Shown one piece after another: positions 8,351-15,167 of a stretch of 64,000 nt of DNA (position 1 is the stretch's first letter; every line of letters begins with the position of its first letter). Origin of the DNA: Dehalococcoidia bacterium. Its GTDB lineage: Bacteria > Chloroflexota > Dehalococcoidia > Plut-88900. The stretch covers positions 480,001 through 544,000 of the forward strand of contig OZ240215.1 in assembly GCA_965197585.1 (NCBI GenBank). The letters run 5' to 3'. Both the position numbers and the translations under genes were made by a program. The notes under the pieces are model-generated. The model was not told where the DNA came from. It saw only the letters and a list, made by a program, of their open reading frames with translations, and did no database searches.

Positions 8351-9962
8351 ACGGGAGACGCTCAGCGTCATCGCGTCGTGCCCCTTCGCCGACCGGCTGG
8401 AGCTGGCCGCCATGTCCGGCGCGTCGAGGAGCGCGGTCTACGAGGCGGTCGGCAGGCTGGAGGACGCGGGCCTCGTCGCCCACGTGCCCCACGCGGCGGA
8501 CCTGATACCCCCGACCCGCCGCTACCGCCTCACCGCCGGGGGCCTGGGCGCACTGGCCGAGGCCGAGGGCGCCAGCATCGACGACCTGCTGCGCTCTCGC
8601 CCCGTCTCCGTCCAGTGGCTGCGCGTCCTGATGGACCGGCTGGACGCCCTGGCCGTCATATACCGCCTGGCATCGACCGTGACCGGCGTCGCCCACCCGG
8701 TCGGCCTCCGCCTGTACCGGGCCGGTCCCCTCGACGCCGCCTTGACCCTCCCCGGAGAGCGGACCGTGGGCATCGCCAGGCAGGGACACGCCGCCGACAG
8801 GACGGGCTTCTCGCGGCGGCTCTGGAAGCTGCGGGACGGGCCGCGCCCCGGAACGGTCCTCGTCCTGGTAGCCGACGAGGTGCGGCTGAGGCACGCCCGC
8901 AGGATGCTGCCCCGCACCGTGGAGGCGCTGCTGGCCCTGGAACGGGACGCGGCCCTCGCCGGACCCGAGGACGAGGTGTGGCGTCCCGCCGCCTCCGGTC
9001 CCCCCGCGAACCTGCGGAACGCCCTGGGGCAGCTGGCTCCCGGGGGAGAGTTGCTCGTGGAGGCCGATCCCTCGCAGGCGGACCTGCCCGGCAACGGCGC
9101 CCCGGACGCAGACCGCGCCCTGCCCGTCCTTCTCAAACCCGCCGAAAAACGCGCCCTCGACCTCATCTACGACTGGCCCTGGCCGCTCCGCACCGAGCTG
9201 GCGAGCCTGATGGCCGTCTCCGACCGCCGAGCGTCCCAGCTGGTCAACCCCCTGGAAGGGTTCGGCCTCGTGACCCGGCCCATCGACGGCAGCGGACGAC
9301 TGGCCCTCACCGAACGGGGGATCGCGCTCCTGGCCCGAAGGGACCGCACCTCCGTCGCCGTCGCGCGCAAACGGTGGAGCGTCACCCCCGTGGACTACGA
9401 GGCCCCGCTGGAGTGGCGCAACGTGACAGGCGGTCGGAGCCGCCAGCTGCTCAGGAACATCGAGCACACCGGGGCCGTCCACGCCTTCGTCGCAGCCCTG
9501 GCAAGGCAGGCCCTCGCCCTGGGGTGGGAGCTGGCCCAGATCGACCCGCCCATGAGGGCATCGAGGCACTTCAGGCACGAGGGACGGAACCGATCGGTCA
9601 ACCCCGACGCCTTCGGCGTCCTGAAGAGAGGCCCCGCAGCCTCGCCCTTCTTCCTTGAGTGGGAGAGGCGAGCGGTGCGCCCCTCGACGATGGCGACGCG
9701 GATCGCACCCTATCTGCGCTACTACTCAACTCACAGTCCCATCGACGACCACGGCGCCAGGCCCTCCGTCCTGATCGTCTTCGACGACGACATCGCCGCC
9801 ACCAACTTCCTGCGAGTGGCGGGGGACGAGATGGACCGCGCCGGGGTCAGCGTGCCCCTGTGGGTCTCCCACAGCGCGGTCATCGACGCGCTGGGCCCGC
9901 TGGGAAGGGCGTGGAGGACTCCCGGCGACTGGGAGCCCGCACACGTCCTGCTGGCCCGCTGA
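8331..9962 (+). CDS. Replication-relaxation (Replic_Relax) family protein with winged-HTH and PD-(D/E)xK-like core
   Basis: EHTGAVHAF, VNPDAFG, FFLEWER and IAPYLRYY motifs. It overlaps the end of the coupling-protein gene, the usual pairing for this family. Confidence 0.75.
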   Translation: MKINASERETLSVIASCPFADRLELAAMSGASRSAVYEAVGRLEDAGLVAHVPHAADLIPPTRRYRLTAGGLGALAEAEGASIDDLLRSRPVSVQWLRVLMDRLDALAVIYRLASTVTGVAHPVGLRLYRAGPLDAALTLPGERTVGIARQGHAADRTGFSRRLWKLRDGPRPGTVLVLVADEVRLRHARRMLPRTVEALLALERDAALAGPEDEVWRPAASGPPANLRNALGQLAPGGELLVEADPSQADLPGNGAPDADRALPVLLKPAEKRALDLIYDWPWPLRTELASLMAVSDRRASQLVNPLEGFGLVTRPIDGSGRLALTERGIALLARRDRTSVAVARKRWSVTPVDYEAPLEWRNVTGGRSRQLLRNIEHTGAVHAFVAALARQALALGWELAQIDPPMRASRHFRHEGRNRSVNPDAFGVLKRGPAASPFFLEWERRAVRPSTMATRIAPYLRYYSTHSPIDDHGARPSVLIVFDDDIAATNFLRVAGDEMDRAGVSVPLWVSHSAVIDALGPLGRAWRTPGDWEPAHVLLAR

Positions 9963-10027
9963 ACACGCCGTGCGGGAAGGGAGTGGAGCGGCGGCTCCAT
10001 CCCGTACCGAAAGGAGGTCTTCAACAC

Positions 10028-10315
10028 ATGGAACCGGAACGGAACGAAGAACCGAGAGGCCGCCGGAGGCGGGGAGCACGCTCAGCCGTGCGCCTCGACG
10101 CCCGGTCACTCTGGGCGCGGTTGGCGCTGCTGAACCGCTCCCAGAACTGGCTCGCCCAGGAGATAGGGATCAGCTCCGGCTATATGTCCAAGCTGGTCAC
10201 GGCAGGCCGCGCGCCCTCCGGACGCATCCGCCATAGGATGCTCAAGGCCCTCGGATTCGAGGACTTTCACGAGCTCTTCAAGCTCGATGAGGAGGACCAA
10301 GATGAAGAACTTTAG
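10028..10315 (+). CDS. XRE/Cro-type HTH transcriptional regulator
   Basis: AAGGAGG RBS at ~10011, ATG 10028; SQNWLAQEIGISSGYMSKLVTAGRAPS. Confidence 0.8.
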   Translation: MEPERNEEPRGRRRRGARSAVRLDARSLWARLALLNRSQNWLAQEIGISSGYMSKLVTAGRAPSGRIRHRMLKALGFEDFHELFKLDEEDQDEEL

Positions 10316-10661
10316 TGACTTTCAGCCACCCAACGGCTTGGAGCCCGGCATCAAGATCGCCGGCCTCGTCGCGCCCTACCAGAGCGGCGCCCTGCCCCAA
10401 GACTTCCCCAACCGCGTCGAACGCCTGAAGGAGGCCAGCGACCTCACCTGGAACGAGCTCGCCGACGCCGGCGGCATCGACAGGAAGCGCTTGCACAGGT
10501 GGCGGCCCAAGAAGAACGGCAAGAAGCCCGTCAAGCCCGACGGCGACGGATACCACGCCCTCGTGAAGCTTGCGGCCCTCATTCCGGGGGGCCTCGACAT
10601 CCTCATGGGGGACGGATTCCAGCTGTACCTCTGGCAGGACTGGCAGGACCGGCAGGACTGA
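10302..10661 (+). CDS. XRE-like HTH protein (paralog 2)
   Basis: GGAGG precedes ATG 10302; LPQDFPNRVERLKEASDLTWNELA...LHRWR resembles the 4900 protein. Confidence 0.7.
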   Translation: MKNFSDFQPPNGLEPGIKIAGLVAPYQSGALPQDFPNRVERLKEASDLTWNELADAGGIDRKRLHRWRPKKNGKKPVKPDGDGYHALVKLAALIPGGLDILMGDGFQLYLWQDWQDRQD

Positions 10662-10667
10662 CGTCCC

Positions 10668-10970
10668 ATGCAGTGCCAGAGCACGGACCACATGTGCGTC
10701 CGCCGCGATGCCTACCCCGACGACTTCCCCCAGGCCCTGGAGCGCTTCAAGGAGGCATCAGGAAAGACCTGGGACGAGATCGCCTGGCTGCTGGGAACGA
10801 CGACCGCCACGCTGTGGCGGTGGCGAAACGCGGGGATCAGGCCCAACGCCCACTATCTCCTCGCCCTACAGGACCTGGCCGAGAGTCTGGGACTGGGACA
10901 CCTGCTTCCACCCATTAGGGTCATAAAGGTGCCCGTCAGCGGTTCGGCGGAAGGCGTCCGGGCCGGATAG
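10668..10970 (+). CDS. XRE-like HTH protein (paralog 3)
   Basis: YPDDFPQALERFKEASGKTWDEIAWLLG...LWRWRNAGIRPN...LAESLGLGHL is highly similar to 4900..5163. Confidence 0.75.
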   Translation: MQCQSTDHMCVRRDAYPDDFPQALERFKEASGKTWDEIAWLLGTTTATLWRWRNAGIRPNAHYLLALQDLAESLGLGHLLPPIRVIKVPVSGSAEGVRAG

Positions 10971-11139
10971 ACGCGGGGGCCTCCGCGGCCCTGGATAGGA
11001 CAGCTTCAGGCTTCAAGAACGCTCGCATCCAGGTGCGAAGGGAGCACGACCGACATCAAGGAGAAAACGAGAGTCCGGCGGCTTCCGAAAAAGACGAGGG
11101 CGTGAGCGCAGGGGCCACGTGCGCCCCGCGATATGACCG

Positions 11140-11382
11140 ATGGACCAGACCTGTATGAAGGATAAGAAGAAACAGAACGGAGGGCGAAAGCCCCGCGGCG
11201 GCGCCTTTGAGATTGGCGTCATCACGGTCTCTTCCACGCCCTCACCCGACGCCCGGGACCGCCTGCGCCGCATCATCACCATGATGATCAAGCACTCCAA
11301 CAGGGACAGGCAGGCCGCGCTCGGCGAGAACGCTGCCACGAGCGACCCGCAAGCTGATGACACCACCGAGGCGGAGGCATGA
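11140..11382 (+). CDS. Small hypothetical protein
   Basis: 80-aa ORF translationally coupled (ATGA overlap) to the next gene; codon usage is plausible. Confidence 0.5.
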   Translation: MDQTCMKDKKKQNGGRKPRGGAFEIGVITVSSTPSPDARDRLRRIITMMIKHSNRDRQAALGENAATSDPQADDTTEAEA

Positions 11383-11618
11383 TGAAGCCCGAACCGTCTC
11401 TTACCGTGATCAGCCTGGGCGGGGGCGTGCAGTCCTCCGTCATGGCGCTCATGGCAAACGAGGGGGCATTCGACCGCATCCCCGACTGCGCCATCTTCGC
11501 CGACACCCGTTGGGAGCCGCCCAGCATCTATGAGCACCTGGCGTCGCTGAGAGACCGGCTAGCGAGACGGCTTCGGGAACGAGTGCGAGGGTCACTGTGG
11601 GGTGTGAGGTGGGTGTGA
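11379..11618 (+). pseudogene. Truncated PAPS-reductase-like / adenine nucleotide alpha-hydrolase family protein
   Basis: PP-loop-type motif VISLGGGVQSS and AIFADTRWEPPSIYEHL. Family-like sequence ends after ~60 aa, far shorter than a full domain. Confidence 0.7.
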
Positions 11619-11678
11619 AGACGAACGACAGAGGTCTGAGCAACCCACGGCTGCACGGGCTATCACCGGCATCGAGCG

Positions 11679-12616
11679 CGCAATGTTTCCGTAGAAATCC
11701 GACAGTCCATGTAAGCTCATGGACATGTCAAATCTCACACTGATAACGTTGGCCTGGGAGTTGTACGAGCAAGGGATGACAAAAGCGCAGATAGCGCGGC
11801 AGCTGGGTAAACACCGGGAGACGGTCCATCTGTGGGTTCGGGGCATCCAAGAACAGGGGCTGCTGCCCTTCCTTGGGCGATACGAGCAAGCCAAGAAGGG
11901 GCCCAGGTTAGGGAGGCGGGTCGACCCGATGGTGAAGCGATGGATTTGGGCCATTAGGGAGCGGGAGGCGGGGTGCTGTGGACAGAAGATCGCCTACTTC
12001 CTGGAGCGGGAACACGGGGTACGCCTGTCAGTGCCTAAGATATATGAGATCCTGAAGGAGAAGTACATCATCCGTTCCAAGTGGAAGAAGAATCGGCGTA
12101 GAGGGCCGGTGCCCACGGCCAGCAGCCCTCGCCAGGTGGTACAGATGGACACGGTGATGTTTGGAGGCCTGTTTGCCTTCACCGGCATCGACATATACAC
12201 CAGGGAGGCAGACATCCTGTTAGCCCCCTCCCTGACCGCCGCTTACGGCTGTGCCTTCCTGGAACAAGCGATGACACGGCGCTTCGATGGCAGGGTGGAG
12301 TTGATCCAAACGGACGGGGGCAGTGAGTTCAAAGAGGCCTTTGCAGAGCGGGTGTTGGCCTACTGCCAACGACACCGGGTGGCTCGGCCCTACAAGAAGA
12401 ACGAGCAGGCCTACATCGAGAGCTTCAACCGGACAGTGCGGAAAGAATGTCTGGGCTGGACCCGCTACAGCGCCCAGGACCTTCCCCAGTGCCGGAGATT
12501 AGTAGAGCAGTTCCTGGATCGGTATCACTACCACCGCCCACACCTCGCCCTCGGACTAAAGCCCCCTCTCAAGAAAGGAGTCTTCCACCTGTCGGATATT
12601 TACGCATAATATTGCG
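11679..12616 (+). mobile_element. IS481/IS3-superfamily-like insertion sequence, 938 bp
   Basis: Imperfect TIRs CGCAATGTTTC-CGTAGAAATCCGACAG (11679-11705) and, reverse-complemented, CGCAATATTATGCGTAAATATCCGACAG (12589-12616). The direct repeat GAGCG flanks both ends (11674-11678, 12617-12621). Confidence 0.85.
11719..12609 (+). CDS. DDE transposase with integrase core (rve) domain
   Basis: N-terminal HTH (KAQIARQLGKHRETVHLW); catalytic motifs VQMDT, IQTDGGSEF and YIESFNRTVRKE. Confidence 0.9.
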   Translation: MDMSNLTLITLAWELYEQGMTKAQIARQLGKHRETVHLWVRGIQEQGLLPFLGRYEQAKKGPRLGRRVDPMVKRWIWAIREREAGCCGQKIAYFLEREHGVRLSVPKIYEILKEKYIIRSKWKKNRRRGPVPTASSPRQVVQMDTVMFGGLFAFTGIDIYTREADILLAPSLTAAYGCAFLEQAMTRRFDGRVELIQTDGGSEFKEAFAERVLAYCQRHRVARPYKKNEQAYIESFNRTVRKECLGWTRYSAQDLPQCRRLVEQFLDRYHYHRPHLALGLKPPLKKGVFHLSDIYA

Positions 12617-12621
12617 GAGCG

Positions 12622-12650
12622 TTGACAGCCGACACCGCTCGTGGTATGTT
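12622..12650 (+). promoter_or_regulatory. Sigma70-type promoter
   Basis: TTGACA (12622-27), 17-nt spacer, TATGTT (12645-50) with an extended -10 TG. Confidence 0.7.
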
Positions 12651-12655
12651 TTGAA

Positions 12656-12718
12656 CACCACCCCTATCTCTTCGGCGGTAGGGTCGAGACCGTCCTCCGG
12701 GACGGTCTCTGTCTTTGT
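12656..12718 (+). ncRNA. Candidate small structured RNA/leader (two UNCG hairpins, second terminator-like) upstream of the NYN gene
   Basis: CCCTATCtC-TTCG-GcGGTAGGG (12662-83), then GAGACCGTCC-TCCG-GGACGGTCTC (12686-709, perfect 10 bp), then TGTCTTTGT. Confidence 0.5.
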
Positions 12719-12731
12719 GTGGGAGTAGCGA

Positions 12732-13361
12732 TTGATCACCAACGTCTACATCGACGGCTTCACTCTCTACTACCGCGCCCTGAAGGACACGCCGTTCAGG
12801 TGGCTGGACCTACGGAGGCTGGCCGAGACGCTCCTTCCCCAGGACTCGATCAACCGGGTCTCCTACTTCACCGCGCGGCTCAACGCCCGTCCTGGGAATC
12901 CCTCTCAACGCCAGCGGCAGCAGGCGTATCTGAGAGCGCTGGCGACGCTGCCCGGCTTCGACGCGTACTACGGCGTGTTCCGGTCCGGCGTCAAGCGCCG
13001 TCCGCTAGCGGAGCCTGTGACGGGGCTGCCCCCTTACGTTCTGGTGAGGGACTCGGAGGAGAAGGGGTCGGACGTGAACCTCGCCACCCGCCTGCTGGTG
13101 GACGGGTTCAACGGGGAGTACGAGCAGGCGGTCGTCGTGTCCAACGACGCCGACTTTGCGGGAGCGATGCGGTATGTCCGGGACGACCTGGGGCTTCGGG
13201 TCACGCTAGTCAACCCGGACCCAAGGAACAGCAGTCCGAGGGAGTTGGCGGACGCCGCAACCTACGTCAAGCGCCTCTGGAAGAGCCACCTGAGACGGAG
13301 CCTGTTCCCACACACTCTTACCGACAAGATCGGAGTCATTACCAAACCAGCAGGGTGGTAA
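12732..13361 (+). CDS. NYN domain (LabA/DUF88, PIN-like) ribonuclease
   Basis: Acidic catalytic motifs VYIDGFTLYY, EEKGSDVNLA and VVSNDADF; GGAG RBS, TTG start. Confidence 0.9.
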   Translation: MITNVYIDGFTLYYRALKDTPFRWLDLRRLAETLLPQDSINRVSYFTARLNARPGNPSQRQRQQAYLRALATLPGFDAYYGVFRSGVKRRPLAEPVTGLPPYVLVRDSEEKGSDVNLATRLLVDGFNGEYEQAVVVSNDADFAGAMRYVRDDLGLRVTLVNPDPRNSSPRELADAATYVKRLWKSHLRRSLFPHTLTDKIGVITKPAGW

Positions 13362-13401
13362 CGCTACCCAATAGTTCCACTCAAGGGAGTAAGCAGAAGA
13401 C

Positions 13402-13623
13402 ATGACAAAGCGATATGGAGCACGACTCAACTTACTGGCTGATCCAGGCGATAAGAATAAGGTCGTCTATGTCGCACAGACGATCAAGAGTGGAAGCGCC
13501 CAGAACGCTCCATATAAGATCGACCATCGTGAGGACGGGAAAGCCAAGGAGACCTTCGTGCCTTACCAGGACGATGCGGCGTTGTTGCAGGCGATTCGCG
13601 GCGCTTTGTCCGGTAGCCTTTGA
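13402..13623 (+). CDS. Small hypothetical protein (73 aa)
   Basis: ORF with upstream GGGAG, co-oriented directly after NYN. Confidence 0.55.
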   Translation: MTKRYGARLNLLADPGDKNKVVYVAQTIKSGSAQNAPYKIDHREDGKAKETFVPYQDDAALLQAIRGALSGSL

Positions 13624-13764
13624 GAGCAGTAGGAGATGAGTACAAGAAATGCTGGACCAGCTAAATGACCTGCACGGATGAGCGAGAGAAGTCTCGCCGG
13701 AACGGGGCGTGGTCGTGCTGCCAACGTACTAGTCATCCGTACACACTGAAGGAGGGAGTAATAG

Positions 13765-14895
13765 GTGTCAGACAGCAATAAATTTGATTTTCCAGGTACG
13801 TATCGCGCCGACTGTGGGCATACTCACGACTTTGATAAAGGAAGCCCCGTCATTGCATGTCCTGATTGTGGCGACGGCAAGGGCACAACATGGACCTGGA
13901 TTGAAGGGGACATACCACCCACCACGGTGATGCACCAAATAGGCTTGCCTAGTGGTACGTTGACTCTCATGTACATAGGTATACCGCCGGTCAGCGACGA
14001 GTCTACGGACGACATCACCCGCGCAATGCAAGTGTTCTCGCGGGATTGCCAGATGATGACGACGTGGTTCGTGGGCATCATGTCTAGCCGAAGGGCTATG
14101 CGGGAGCATCTAGAGCGCCTGGCCAGCCGTAGCGAGCCTCTTAGAATCACTACATTGCGTCCGGACGGCAGAGAGGAAGCTATTCTTGCTCAGATGCCTG
14201 CGGAGGAAGTCATCGAGTCGATCGGCGATGCTGGAGACTTCGAGCGTCTCTATGCCAACTCGTTCGTCGTCTTTATGTATCACCTGTGGGAAGAGACCGT
14301 CCGACCGAAGATCGCGACCGCCGTGGGAGTAGACCCCTGTCATGTGAAAGCTGACCTGATGGGGGAGTGGCGATTGCTCAGAAATTGGATCATTCATCGC
14401 AGCAAGGATGCCGAAGACGACTTCTTCAGGCGAGCCCAAACTTTGGTTGTCGCCTTAGGGCTTCAGCGGAGCATTTTGAGCCTGACAGCCAGTAATGTAT
14501 TGGTCTTAGTACGACACCTGAACAATATGAAGATCGAGATAAACCCACATTCATTGGAAATGGGGCTCGCCCTCGAGTCCGTCAGCCCGGAGATGATTGC
14601 CGATGTCGCGAGGACACTTGAGCCGGGAGAGGGGTCCATTGTACCCGTCGAGGCAGGAATGGCCCCATCGCCCGCGATTATCGTCTTTGATGAGGTACTG
14701 GCGATGATCCACGAAAACGATTGTAGTCAAATAAAGGTCCAACTACAGTCGTCTACAGCTTGGCGGCAGTTGAGAGTTTCAGATCGTTGGGTCGCGTCAT
14801 CAGTGGTTAAGCTCTTGGAGCAGGAAGAGCAACTCTGCCGAGAGTGTGCGTCTATTCCTCGTAGGTCCCACGACCACCACCCGCCCGGCCCCTAA
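13765..14895 (+). CDS. Hypothetical protein with N-terminal Zn-ribbon-like motifs and a HEPN-like Rx4H motif
   Basis: Strong RBS (AAGGAGG); DCGH...CPDC at the N-terminus; helix YHLWEE followed by WRLLRNWIIH; C-terminal CREC. Confidence 0.6.
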   Translation: MSDSNKFDFPGTYRADCGHTHDFDKGSPVIACPDCGDGKGTTWTWIEGDIPPTTVMHQIGLPSGTLTLMYIGIPPVSDESTDDITRAMQVFSRDCQMMTTWFVGIMSSRRAMREHLERLASRSEPLRITTLRPDGREEAILAQMPAEEVIESIGDAGDFERLYANSFVVFMYHLWEETVRPKIATAVGVDPCHVKADLMGEWRLLRNWIIHRSKDAEDDFFRRAQTLVVALGLQRSILSLTASNVLVLVRHLNNMKIEINPHSLEMGLALESVSPEMIADVARTLEPGEGSIVPVEAGMAPSPAIIVFDEVLAMIHENDCSQIKVQLQSSTAWRQLRVSDRWVASSVVKLLEQEEQLCRECASIPRRSHDHHPPGP

Positions 14896-15106
14896 CGAAA
14901 TCTCCGATAACTCCATGTATCACAGTACGAGCGGAACACGTCTCATTAGAGTTTTGCACTTCCCTCCAGTAGTAGCCAGTCCTTTGACGCTACCCCGCCA
15001 ATCGCGGTGTGATGGTGGGCAGAAGTTGGCCCGGCGATGCTGCAAACACCCCGGGCCGTGGCGCCACCTGCGGAGACAGGTGATGCGAATAGATTGTACT
15101 ACTCGC

Positions 15107-15138
15107 AGACCCGCTCCCGACAGGAGGCGGGTCTTTTT
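15107..15138 (+). terminator. Intrinsic-terminator-like hairpin in the recombinase leader
   Basis: AGACCCGCTCC-cgaca-GGAGGCGGGTCT followed by TTTT, about 30 nt before the recombinase ATG. Confidence 0.6.
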
Positions 15139-15167
15139 GATTTCAGGAGATTCAAGAGGAGGCAATC

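Noticed and set aside
7839-9578. 579-aa minus-strand ORF (and similar long overlapping ORFs such as 15099..16454, 8378..9658, 56893..57870)
   Set aside because: These overlap well-supported genes, have R/G/P-rich shadow composition and show no motifs.
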